Part shown: in pieces, positions 12,430 through 23,716 of the stretch
Numbering within the stretch: position 1 is the stretch's first letter
Layout of the letters: each line of letters starts with the position of its first letter
Assembly (NCBI GenBank): GCA_963575745.1
Contig: CAUYUJ010000081.1
Coordinates: forward strand, 124,001 to 188,000
Direction of reading: 5' to 3'
Length of the DNA stretch: 64,000 nt
Source of the DNA: Prorocentrum cordatum
Lineage: Eukaryota
Notes under the pieces: model-generated
Database searches by the model: none
Told to the model about the DNA's origin: nothing
Seen by the model: the letters and a program-made list of their open reading frames with translations, nothing else
Position numbers and translations under genes: made by a program

Positions 12430-13110
12430 CCATGTAAAGGATTGCGTGGTCGGAGACTGAGGGTTTCCAGGCCTTTCTGACCCCGTAAGCACCAAGCTGA
12501 CGAAAAGGGGCAGGCAACGATGTCGATCTGTGATTCATTGTCCGCGTCCACTCTTGTGGGGCCATCGCAGTGGCAGACGCTTGAACCAGTCAGTGAGAGC
12601 AGGTCAGCCAGGGCCGCTGCCTCATCTGTTTCACCATCCCTGGGATTGTCCAACTGGATGTTGACGTCCCCTCCCCAGTATGTAGGGGTGTCGTCCCACC
12701 TTTCGGTGGCTTGCCTGATGGCATCAATGGTTTCGGCTTTCCTGGAGGGAGGGAGATAAACCGAGACCCGGCGGTAGGTGCTGTCACCTCGGCTCATGGT
12801 GGCTGCAACGGCACATCCGGGGACGAGGTCTTCCGCCCGGAGGAATGTGGTGCCGTGAGGAATGATGATCGCCACTCCGCCGGCGCAACCCCCGGCTGGT
12901 CCAATGTAGGCTGGAGAGGCGACAAGTGTGCGTGCGTGAAACATGGTGGACCAGACGGCCGCCTCGTGTTCTGTCCAGTGGGTCTCCTGAATGAGTCCGA
13001 TCCTACCGTTGGTGGTCATCTGCGCCAAGAAGGCACGCTGAATCATGTTATTGTGAGCAGTCGTGCTTTTGAGGTACCTAACGTTCCAACAGCCCACCTT
13101 GAGTGAACCG
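12430..13110 (-). pseudogene. Apurinic-like (APE/EEP) endonuclease of the LINE, frameshift near 12500
   Basis: VGCWNVRYL, LIQETH, GGVAI, SVYLPP, WGGDVN, GPT and SQIDIV in ORF 12345..13553. SDHAIL follows in the next frame. Confidence 0.93.
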
Positions 13111-13589
13111 GCTTGCGCGGCGTTGGAGATGGCACCGATAAGTGAACGAAGGGAAAGGGCCCCGCACAGGTCCGCCCAGGTGGGGTTGCTCCAGGGGGTC
13201 GTGTGTAAGAAAGCCCATTGGGCTCGCGGTCGCCGGACGGTGCGGTTACTGCGCAGGGCGAGGGCGCGGCTCAGGGAGCAGGCTAGTTGCCAAGCTCTGG
13301 CTCTCGCCCCCGGAACGAGAGTTGCGAGCGGGGGAGACCCAAGGGCGAGATGAAGCGCCCCTGGGTCTTCAGGCGAGTCTAGGGGAACGGCAACCCTTGA
13401 TCTAGGAGCTGTTGCTGCAGCCTGGCTCGGACTATGTCGTCTGGGCAGGGGTTCCCGGCGAGCGGCGCCCAAGAGCAGTTCCTGTCGGCAAAGCTGCGCG
13501 CCTGTCTCCATGCGGCCCAGATCTGGCCCTCTGTCGGAACTTCGTGCTGGCACCCGGAGATGTTCTCGCTCCTACTCCAATCCAGTATG

Positions 13590-13802
13590 GCGGTCGCAAG
13601 TCTGCGCTGCAGGCATCTCGGGTCCGGGTGGGCCCCCACGGCGTCGTAGAGTTTCTTTCCACTGACGTCCAGGGACCGATAGTAAGAGCCCAGTCCCACT
13701 GCTCGGGCCCGCTCCTCCGGAGATGGGATCCTGAGTCCATGTTCTCTGCCGTGGGCCAGGAGCCATCCCGCCCAGGCCCTCGCTTTTCCTTCGCTGGCGA
13801 GG

Positions 13803-13851
<49 letters not shown>

Positions 13852-14730
13852 GTGGCAGACGAGCGTCAGTCCTTCCGCGCAGCCCAGGAAGTTGCGCTCG
13901 GCTCCGGTCTCTTGAAGAATGTTTATGATGCAATTCCTGGTGTCGACGAGGGTGCGGAGGAGCCATCTGTGGCTGCTGTCCCCATTGCATAGCAAGCAGA
14001 GGGGATGTGTCTGGTAACTGCAAGGGACTATTGCCTCCAGGGAGTTGGCAGGAGCCTTGGACTGGGCCCAGCGAGGGATGTGCCCGTCAGGTCTGTAAGT
14101 CCATTGCCTTTCCCAGGGACTGGGGGGCCGAGGGCGCGTAACTAGGTCCTCCGCGGGAGGGCACTTACTGACCCACAATCGGTCCCTCGGGCTGGCGACT
14201 GTGGCCGCAGAAACACCCCCAGTGCAGTGCACATTGCCTGCTTGTGTGCCTGTAGGATGGTGGCTGGACATTCGCAGCATATTATGACGTGGACGTCCGG
14301 GCGGAGTCTGCGGGCGGCGTTCCACAGGAGAGGCACGGCGAAGAACTGCGCTGTCTGGGAACCCGCGAGTCCATCTAGCCCTCCGTACTGGCTGGCTGCA
14401 GAAAGGCTGGCACCTGGGAGCCCCGCTGTGATGACGAGTAAGCTTCCAGGGTCCAGGGTTCTGAGGCGGTCGGCCCAGGGACTCCGACCGTCGTCCTCCC
14501 TCAGGAGGTCCCACACATTAGCTCCCAACCTGATGTGCGGGGGTCCTCCATCAAAGCGCGCGGCAGCGTCCCGGTCCCAACGCCTCTCCACCCGAGCAGC
14601 AGTTTCGTCGCTGAACTCGACGAACGCGGAAGATCTGAACCGAGAAGTCGCGGCGACTTTGGCTAGGAGGTCGCCTACCGCAAGTCTCGCCAGGCCCCAT
14701 TCATCGAAGAGTGATACAAGATGAAGACTA
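13590..14730 (-). pseudogene. C5 cytosine DNA methyltransferase domain (DNMT3/DNA_methylase-like), frameshifted and degenerate
   Basis: Ordered motifs: I LVSLFDEWG, II AFVE, IV LVITAGLPGASLS, GLAGSQTAQFF, VI IICCEC, VIII SPRDRLWVS (next frame), IX RIPSPEERARAVGL (~13695-13732) and X LYDAVGAHPDP. Confidence 0.8.
13808..13848. repeat. (CT)n microsatellite inside the DNMT domain
   Basis: Direct reading. Confidence 0.95.
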
Positions 14731-17716
14731 GCTCCCACAGTGGCACTCGGGCCAGGTCGGGGGTTGACTATGCGCGCCCTCGTCTGCTGGGTGAAGTCAT
14801 ACGTCCAGTCCTCCCCATGTCTGGGATCGCTGATGGGGTGGGGCCTGAGGTGCCCCGCGATGTCCCACGTGCCGTCGGGGGAAACGCTGGAAACGAGGCC
14901 ATCCTGCTGGAGGTTCCTTAGTGTGTTGACGATCTGCGCATTGTCCAGGCCCGCGGCCTGGTACGCGGCAAGCGTCGTGTCAGCAGGTGTGAATGGGGAG
15001 AGGCAAGTTCGCCCGTCCCTATGCCGCCCCCAAACCTGCTGAAGCATGTCGGCAGGCTGGGGGGCGGCCGTGGGCTCTTCTGGTAGGAAGACAGTGGGTC
15101 GGGGCCGCGGCCTGCGGATCCGTGCGCCCTCCGCACTCGCCGGCCTGGACGCCCGCCTTGTGGCACCTCTTCCTGCGACCCCGGTGGGAGGGCCCCCCCC
15201 TGGGCGGGAGCGTTCCCAAAGGTCGACCAGAGTTCTTGGGTGGGGAGATCTGCTGTCTGGTCGGGTGGGCCTTTCCCTGTCTGTGTTGCCCGCAGCCCTG
15301 CGTCGCATCACACCGCGTAGTGCGGTCCTGCGCGTGCCGTCATTTCTGCCTCTGGGTGGCCGGTGGGTCGGACTCCCACGGGCCCTGTCAGCGGTGGTAG
15401 TCTGGGGCTGGGTGCTGGGCGCTACCGGTCGCAGTCCGGTCGATGGATGACGGGCACGTCTGAATTGCCCGCCGTCGGCTGCGCTCACTGCAGCGCTGGC
15501 CGGGGCACGTGCAAGTCTGGGAGTGCCGGCGCGCCGGGCGGTGCTACCGTTACTGCGTAGGTTCCTTGGAGAGGCCTCCACCGTCTCGCTCAGGACCTGG
15601 CCCCTATCATCCGAGAAAGGGGGGCCCGCGCCCGCGCGCAGGATGGTGCGGAGCATGGCTGGCGTCAGGCTCTGAAAGGGGGCGTCTGGTGTCGACACAC
15701 TGTCCGAGCGTGAGGCCGGACCGCCTGCGAGTTGCCTCACTGAGCGCAGGCCGCGTCTGCAGTCAGAGCTGCTTGGCGTGGGTTTATCCTCCTGCCGGCG
15801 GGGTTGCGCGTACCCGGAGGTGGGTGGGTAGTCCAGTAAGCGCCGAAGGCGTCTGGGATTCGCGTGGCGAGTCCAAGCTCTTGGTGAAGGTCTCTGACGG
15901 TTTTGTCCAGCTGGGGTATCGCTGCAGCCCGTGCGATCACACTGAGCACTTGGTTCCATTCGGCTTCGGAGGGGGGGGGGGGCCTGTGCCGTCTGAGGCA
16001 TGTATCTGCGCCAGTCTGAGCGCACGCGCCATGACTTCACATTCCCGTCTCCAGTCCGCGTCCATGCATGGGGGGAGCTCAGGCCCAGCTCGCGGTGTGT
16101 CTCCTCGCCCCAGGGGGTCGTTGCAAGTGCTAGGCGCCGTGCCCGGCGGCGGTCTCCTGCTGTCGCCGGATCCGTGGGGACCCGTGGAGGTGCGTCCTCG
16201 TTGCGCGCCGCGCCCCCCGCGTCTGTGGTGCTGGCAGCCGGGGCCGCACCCCGAGCCTCCTCTGTGCTGTCGAGAGTCGCGGCTCCACACCCTCCGGTCG
16301 ATCGCAGCTCAGCGTTGGTGTTTGTTTCGTCCTGAGAGATCCGTGGGCTCCCAGGGGTGTTCACGCCGATGTGTCTCTCGGGAGGTTCCGCGGGGTCAGG
16401 ACTATCTCGTCTCACAGCTTCAGCACCGCTGCAGGCTGTGGAGGGGACTTCGCCTGCGCCCGGGCTCGGCGTGGCGGCGCAGACCGGGGCGTGTGAACGT
16501 GCTGGTCCCTCTCTGGGTGTCGCGGGGATCGCAGAGGTCGTCCGGGGTGGGAGTTGGACGGTGCTACCAGCCCGGGTAGCGGCCTCGTCCGATACTCCTT
16601 CGCCGACCGTCCTGGCCACGGAGGGTGGTGCCGTACTTTGCTCTTGTGGTGCCGTCTGCCGTCGAGGTTGCGCTCCCAGTGCGGTGAGTGTCGGGTTGTC
16701 GTTGGCCTCTCCGCCGGGGTTTGCGCAAGTCTGTGGTGTCACCGACGTGGGGAGCCCGGGGCTTGCAGGTGCGGCTGGCGGTCTAGGGCCTGCCGCAGTA
16801 GGTGGTCTGGCGTCACTTGCTTGCATACCTGCCACGTCCGCCTCATTGTTCGCCCGACTGCGGCTTCTGCGCTGGCTCGTACCTGGGTTGTCCGTGGGTC
16901 TGTCCCCCGCTCCGGCGGTTCTGGGGGTCTGTGAGGTGCCTCTCCTTCCCCGGGTGACTCTCCCGGGGTCATGGCGCTGTCGCTCCTCCCAGTGTAGGTT
17001 GGACAGCCTGTTGATCAGGGCGTCCAGGGCATTCGAGACACCTTCCGGGACTGGGAGCGCCGTGATGGCGTCTACGTCTGCACCTCTGGATCCAGGGACC
17101 TCGAGCCAGGGCTGGCGGGCTGAGTAGGTGCCGTCAGGCTCAGGCGAGAGCCATTGGGTGAAAGGGAGCTGTCTCGTGACTTCTTATCCCGAACTCTCGT
17201 ATGAGTTGCCAAACGTGGTCTCGGTCCAGGCTCCCCGGGTTTGCTAGTTGCAGGATCCAGATGGCGGCGAACATGTCCCAGTTGTACCTCTGCGTGGGCC
17301 GGCCCTCGACTTGTCTGCGGATTTCGAGGGCAATCCGGCGTTGGACGCCGCGCGCCATGTCGTGCGCTGCTTGCTCCGGGACCACGGCAGCGTATCAACC
17401 CAGCATCCCCCGCGCGATGCGGACCGCATCTTCATCGGCTCTTACCAGTTCGGCTGGGGGCGGCCTGCACGCACGCACTAGTACCTCGGCGAGCTCCGGA
17501 AAGTGAGTGGGTCTGGCGGGCCCAGGGAGTGGGTTGAGCGAAGCCGAGGCACGTCTAGGAAGTGGCTGCTGGGAGGGAGCGTGGACCCTCAGCCCCACTG
17601 AAGCGGGAGTTGGTGTGGCTGCGGGAGCAAAGTCCAGGCGTGCAACGTGGATGGGGCCCGCGGCAAGCTGAAGTTTGAGTCTCGCTTGTGGTCTGTCAGC
17701 GCCCCTCGTGGCAGCC

Positions 17717-20700
17717 CTAATGTCCGCGTCCGCAGGGCTCGAGCACTGTCACCCAGGTGGGGACCGAAGTGAAAAGGAAACCTGCCTCATCGCTGGTGGT
17801 GACCTCAACGGCCCCGCCAGCCGCTATTGCGGCGAGTAAGTATTCTCCGGGCTGTAGGACGGTTTCGTAGTCCCGTAGGCCACTTCCCTGCGACATGCTA
17901 GGTACCGTATTGGGTGCGCCCCTGCTCATCGCCTTGGCGTTATCTCGGAGCCAGTCCCCCGTAATGATAGGTGGGGCAGCTCTGGTGTTGGCTGGGTGTG
18001 AGGTACCGTCCAGGCCCTCTGGGAGTGGCCAGAGTCGAGTTAGTAGCTGGGCGTCCGCTGAGCCGACCGATGCAGAGAAGAGCCGTAGCGTACTGTGTCC
18101 AGGGAGCCAAGCGTCAGGGCGCATGCTGCGTGGGCGAGTTCCTCCCAGCTGCGTCCCGTGCCTGTCGAGAGTGGTGATCTCGAGGACTTGGGGCTGAATG
18201 GCGCGTCTGGGGGCCTGTCGTACAGAGATGCTGGCCAGCGCGTCCACATGCTCTTGCAGTTCCCTGGATGTCGCAGCCGCTCTGTGCATGGGGTCCCTGC
18301 TAAGTGTGGCGGTGAAGATCCTGGCCGTCTGGGTTCCGATCACAATACAACTGGTGCCCACGAAGGCTGCTGCCATGGCGTCGGCCGCAGCTAAGCGTAT
18401 GCGAACTTGCGTCATGTATCTGTAGTCAGAGACGTCTGGGGACCAGGCGTACACGGTGGAAACCTGTTCGACTGTGCCAGGACCAGTCGTGGCCTCTACG
18501 GCTTGCAGGACGTCCTCGGGCCGTGTTTGTCCCATGTCAGCGAGATTCCATCTTAGGTGGAGGCCGTCCTCGGGGTCAGAGAGGCGCACAAATGAGGGTC
18601 CTCCATCCCACGGTCCTTCCAGGAGGATGCGGCGCGGTCTTAGTGCCATGGAGGAGGAGGCGCCCCCAAAGACCCGCGGAAGCTCGTCTCGGAGGTGCCT
18701 CAAGACGGGGGCGGCAATCCGTTCTGGAGTGGAGATCAGGAGAAGCCCCGTCCCGCAAATTCCGACTCTGTGTCCCATAGCTCCAGCTGATGTGGAGGCT
18801 ACAGAGTGGGCTATGCAGATCGCTCTGGGGGGAACTGGGACGTGTACACAGTCACTTGTCTCGTGTGTTCTCCAGACGCATGCCGTCTGGTAGGCCAGCA
18901 TGGTGGTTTGAGCTGCCGCCTGCAGATTATCCAGGGGGGCACGTATGCCGTCCGCACAGCTCGTGGGTCTCGATGCTCTGCAGCGGAGGACGTGGTGGAA
19001 GAGCATCTCGAGTCCCTGGCACCTCAGGAGCTCGTCCCGGGGGAGCTGCACTCTCGTGGTGACCCAGTTGGCTGCGATCATCCCGTTGTGGGATCGCCAT
19101 AGTTCATCCCTCCACCTCATGATCTGCGCAACGACGCCGTCATTGCCGCTCTCAGGGGTTAGGATGTGTAGCGCATCAGAGGTGTCTGCTGCATTGGTGG
19201 GCTGGGCTTGCCTGTTCGGTAGGGGTGTCCAATCGGCACGAGATGGGTAATCTTGCTGGCGGCTCGGTATCCCCGCTGCGCGTTTGCCAGGGCTGCGAGC
19301 TCGACCGGATCCGGTCCTCCAGGTGACGGCACTCCCTCGGTGGCCAGGGCGACGAGACAGCATGGGCTGCCCGCGGCGGTAGCTGCCGTCAGGGCGGCAT
19401 CCATGTGTTGAGCTAGGGCATCTACCACGAGGATTGTTGGGGCGGCGCCCCCCTGAGGCTGGTTCCTGCGCTTCGAGACTACTGCTTTGATCTGCTCCCA
19501 GGCGTCTGGGCCTGCGAGGGCAAAGGTGACTCCAGTCTCGTCCGCTACACGTTCGCCGAGGTAGGTGCTTCTGGAGATCACCAGATCGGCTGCAATGTCT
19601 CGGACGGCCGCTGTGAGCAGCCCTACCGGGAACCGCCCAGGTCCCCATCCTCATGGGTTCATCCTCTGGGGGGTTCCGTCCCAGTAGCAGTGCCCATCTT
19701 CCGACAGTGATTCGCGGGGCTTGCCGTATCCTATCTGTCCTGTTGGTGGGACCAGGGGGTCGCTGCGGAGACGGGGTCCCAGGTTCCTGCGCGCTGTTGT
19801 GGGTGTCGTCGGAGTCCATGCCGCTTCCACCGTTCCCGCCGTCAGGTGGGGTCCCATCCACTTCCATCGGGGCATGACGTGCCTCCTGCGCGGTTCTCCT
19901 CTCCGTAACGTGCGCGTGGATTCTGCGCATGTCGGAAAGTGTGACGCATGTGTGGGGACGTCGGATGGAGAGTGTTTGTGCTCTGAGGCAGTCCAGATCT
20001 GGGGCCAGGTGCCTGAAGGCATCGGCTAACTCTTGCAGGCTCAGGAAGGGCTGCAGTGGGAGAAGGGTCCCGTCGCGGAGCTGTAGGAGGTCTGGTGGTA
20101 CCGCAATGTCCGCGGCGTCGGCATCTCGCGTTCGGCCTGGAATCCTTACGGAGACGCTACCCCTATCGACAGAGCGGCAAATGGGACAGTTCACTGGGGA
20201 ACATCTTCCGTGGGACAGGGCCTGCGCTGGCTGGCTAATCCTCCACTGTCTCAAGCATTCGGCGTGATACAGGTGGCCGCATGGTACCAGGGCTTCCGCG
20301 AAACCTAGGATGTCCTCGCTGCAGATCATGCATCGAGGGGTTCCTACCTCCCGGTCCCAGGGAGGAACTTCCACGGCGCCCATGCTTTCCGGAGGGAGCC
20401 TGACACTGTCCCCAGGAGGGTGGCTGAGTTGGGATAAGCCATCCCCCAGGCTCTCGATGAGGGCTCTGGCGGACATGCTGGCGTCGAGGTGTGTCAGACT
20501 GGCTCCTTCACTGAGGTGGGATATGAGGGCCTGGATTTGTGAGTTGCTGAGGTCGGAGTATGGAGCTAGATCGGCATCCGGGAAACCCCTCCGAAGGCAG
20601 GCCACGAGGTCTTGCGGCGTGTGCATCTCATTCCTGGTCATCCAGCGGTAAAGAACGTCGTAGGGTCGGGAGTCCAGGGCCCGCGCAGTCAGCACTGGCT

Positions 20701-21568
20701 TGAGGAGGGGGAAGTAGTGTGGGGCCAGGCAGAGCCACAGGGCGCTAGAGATCCAGGGACCCGGTTGTCGATCTACCCTGTGTTCCAGGAGCGTGCTTTG
20801 TGCGAGGCACTGTGCCTGGCCCCCATTGACGGAGGTCCTTTCTCCGGGGGCTGGCATGGTACCTCTGCCTGCCTCCTCTTCATCCCGCTGCCTGGCGTCG
20901 AGAGTGCGCATGAGTCTGTCCAGGAGCCCTTCTCTGGCACTGCCAGCCGGCAACCTGCCCTGGGGAGTAGCGAAGCTTGCCCGGTTGAGCATCTGTCTTA
21001 TATCCGCGTGCCATGGCGTGGTTGTGCTTGCGGCTTCCACAGTTTCGGTTTCTACTTCAGGGGGTGGTCTGCCTTCGCTCGCGGGCCCGCTGTTTTTTGG
21101 GTTTGACCTCGGTCCGGTACTGGCCATTTGCGCCCGAGCCCTCGCTCCAGCCTCCACCGCCTGCCGATCTCCAGACAGGATGGCAGTCTGAAGGGAGCCG
21201 CTTGCATCCAGGTGCAGCATCATTCGCTCCTGGAGCTGGGGTGCGATGTAGCCGCCTACCTCGGGGGCCTCGAGCGAGGCACCAGCTGCCCTGGACGCCA
21301 TATCTGCTTCGGATGCGAGCGCTAACTGAGCATCCCTGTAGGAGCTGACGCCTCGTGTTCTCCACCAGGCTGCTGCATGTTCGATAATAGCGGTGCTGAG
21401 GTTGCTGCTCCTGAAGGCTAGTTCGAGGACATTTCGACCTCTGTTGGTGGCTGTGCCCCATATAAAGGGGACCAGGATACTGCTCCAACGCATGCCAGGG
21501 GTGACGGAGTTGCTTGCGACCCTCGCCCTGATTCTCCTCACCTCCTCGATGAATGCGTCTCGCTGCAA
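17717..21568 (-). CDS. Upstream (ORF1-like) region of element with RING-H2 finger at 20174-20332
   Basis: 1283-aa ORF containing CMIC...VPCGHLYHAECLRQW...CPICR (C3H2C3 pattern). A local frameshift is likely, because ORF 19159..19581 reads more protein-like. Confidence 0.75.
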   Translation of the reverse strand: MQRDAFIEEVRRIRARVASNSVTPGMRWSSILVPFIWGTATNRGRNVLELAFRSSNLSTAIIEHAAAWWRTRGVSSYRDAQLALASEADMASRAAGASLEAPEVGGYIAPQLQERMMLHLDASGSLQTAILSGDRQAVEAGARARAQMASTGPRSNPKNSGPASEGRPPPEVETETVEAASTTTPWHADIRQMLNRASFATPQGRLPAGSAREGLLDRLMRTLDARQRDEEEAGRGTMPAPGERTSVNGGQAQCLAQSTLLEHRVDRQPGPWISSALWLCLAPHYFPLLKPVLTARALDSRPYDVLYRWMTRNEMHTPQDLVACLRRGFPDADLAPYSDLSNSQIQALISHLSEGASLTHLDASMSARALIESLGDGLSQLSHPPGDSVRLPPESMGAVEVPPWDREVGTPRCMICSEDILGFAEALVPCGHLYHAECLRQWRISQPAQALSHGRCSPVNCPICRSVDRGSVSVRIPGRTRDADAADIAVPPDLLQLRDGTLLPLQPFLSLQELADAFRHLAPDLDCLRAQTLSIRRPHTCVTLSDMRRIHAHVTERRTAQEARHAPMEVDGTPPDGGNGGSGMDSDDTHNSAQEPGTPSPQRPPGPTNRTDRIRQAPRITVGRWALLLGRNPPEDEPMRMGTWAVPGRAAHSGRPRHCSRSGDLQKHLPRRTCSGRDWSHLCPRRPRRLGADQSSSLEAQEPASGGRRPNNPRGRCPSSTHGCRPDGSYRRGQPMLSRRPGHRGSAVTWRTGSGRARSPGKRAAGIPSRQQDYPSRADWTPLPNRQAQPTNAADTSDALHILTPESGNDGVVAQIMRWRDELWRSHNGMIAANWVTTRVQLPRDELLRCQGLEMLFHHVLRCRASRPTSCADGIRAPLDNLQAAAQTTMLAYQTACVWRTHETSDCVHVPVPPRAICIAHSVASTSAGAMGHRVGICGTGLLLISTPERIAAPVLRHLRDELPRVFGGASSSMALRPRRILLEGPWDGGPSFVRLSDPEDGLHLRWNLADMGQTRPEDVLQAVEATTGPGTVEQVSTVYAWSPDVSDYRYMTQVRIRLAAADAMAAAFVGTSCIVIGTQTARIFTATLSRDPMHRAAATSRELQEHVDALASISVRQAPRRAIQPQVLEITTLDRHGTQLGGTRPRSMRPDAWLPGHSTLRLFSASVGSADAQLLTRLWPLPEGLDGTSHPANTRAAPPIITGDWLRDNAKAMSRGAPNTVPSMSQGSGLRDYETVLQPGEYLLAAIAAGGAVEVTTSDEAGFLFTSVPTWVTVLEPCGRGH

Positions 21569-23716
21569 CCGCTCCGCCTGAGAAAGCCCCTCCTCCAGGA
21601 CTGGGGGGGAGGTCTTTGGGGAGGCCTGGCAACTACCCCTTCTAAGCCCGCGTGGCTGTCCCTGCCGCTGCGGGGGTTGTCCACGTCCATGGGGGCGTGC
21701 ACTTCGCTAGGAAGCCCAGAACGCTCTTGGTCCTGCCCCCTGCTGCCTGCCTCCAGTCGTCTGGTGACGGCGTCCGTGACGAGGTTTCCCAGGAGGGTAC
21801 CCTGCCCAATTTGGGGATGTATTGGGCGCCAGTCAGTGCGTGCGGCTGCTCGCAGCGCCCTTCTCATTGCTTCAGCTGTTTCAGAGTAGGGGCTGTCTCT
21901 ATTGTGCCACCAACGTCTGCTGAGATCGGTGTGATCACGTGCGTCGCTTATAGCGCGGTCAAGGTGGTCCCCGCCGATGGTGTATCTTAGCCAGCAGAGG
22001 TCGTCCAGGTGCACCCGGGTGTTCGGTCCAATGGGAACGGATGTAGCTGTTCTGCTGGGTAGTGGGGGCCTCCGGTATGTTTGTGGGTGAGTGTCTGTGC
22101 CGCCGTAACCACCCATCGAGCCGACCATGGGGGTGGGACCTGATGATGTGCCGAATTTCCTGGCAGGCGTTTAAAGCCCAGGAGCCTGGCGCTGAGCAAA
22201 GTAAAGCCAGCGAGATCGACGCTGTGCGGAGTTGCCCATCGCTCCCGACCTCTTCGAGGCCTCCTGAGTCTTCGTATGACCAGATTTCAGGTAGGCCTGC
22301 AGCGTGGGCCACCATATGCCTCCAGGCTCCCAGGAGTTCACCCACAAGCCACGTCGGGGTGAAGTCGGAGGGGCCAGGCGGCGTGGGGGAGTACAGGTGC
22401 TCGGCGATTGGGGCGTATCGCATGCCCGCTCTGACGAGCTGAATCAACAGAGTCCCGCCCAGGAGGTCGGGGGCGTGCCTGTTGGGTGGCTGGCCAAGGT
22501 CTGCTCCTGGGTGACTCTGAGGTGAGGCGTCTGCTCGCGGCTCCTCTGGGTTGTAGCTCCAGGGGATGGCCAGGTCTGTGGCAAGTGATGCAGGTTTGTC
22601 CTGTGGGATCTCGGAGCATCCAGGTGCCACAGAAATTACATCTCTCCTGGGCAGAAAAAGTCCCGCAGCCGTAGTCTGTGAGCTGTGGTGGACCATGGCC
22701 AAGCGTCGTCGCTACTGTCGCTTCCTTGGATGAGGACTCCAGGGATGCCCGCGGAGCTGGCGGGTATCCCCGACAGGGCGGCTCTACCCATGGGACTGGG
22801 CCTCTACCTGCTTGTCGTCTCGAGTGCACGTCACTTCCCATGCGCTCGAGGTTCCCTCTCGTGATGGCCCACTGCCTGACGTCCCCGTGGTCTGGAAAGT
22901 GGACTATGTTTTGCCTGCGCTCGTGAATCAGGACTCGATGGGCGTAACCCATGACCTCGTCATCCATGGAGTCCTGCGTCCCGTCTGCTCGGTTGGGGCC
23001 ACCGATGTGCAGAGGGGCAGAGTCCTCAGGGGCTCTGGTGGGCATGAGCATCCTATCTGTGTCATATCCGCTCGGGAGCTCCATTCCTATGTCGCAGTAG
23101 TGTGCAGCTGCGGCCATGGCAACGTACTCGAGCCGTGCTAGTTGCCTCTCAGCCACTGAGGGGTTGGCTGCGTCCGCTCTTTCACTCCTTATACTGGGAT
23201 CATGAGTAATGCTCGCAAAGCGGAATGCGAGGACCTGGACTGGGTCCGGTTGAACGCCTCCCAGACGCCCTTCATAGTCTCCTCCAGCGATGGACCATGC
23301 CAGCCAGGTGTGGTCCAGAATAGCGAGAATTGGGCCTGAAGTGGCGACCTCGGAGTAACGTCCAGGGAGGGCTGGTTCAACGGGAGCCGTGCGCATGGGG
23401 CTGTCAGCTCGTATGCCTGGGTGGCCTGGGCGGTGCCTCCTCCACGCGTGGTGTATGAGGAGCTCCAGGTTGCTGGTCTCCCGAGATGTTCTCGGCGCTC
23501 CGCGGTTGGGGACCTCGCGCCATGGCCCCTCAGTGTGCACAAGGTGCCGGCGTAGGGCCCTCATGGTGCCCCCCCTGCCAGAGATCCTGGCGTCTGCAAC
23601 GCGCGGTCCACAAATGGGTCCGTCCGCCTCCCGGCTGGCCGCCCAGTCAGCATTCGTGTGCCCAGTGGCGTCCAGCCACCGTGCGTGGAGGTCCGCAGCG
23701 CTTTGCCCCCTGCTCC

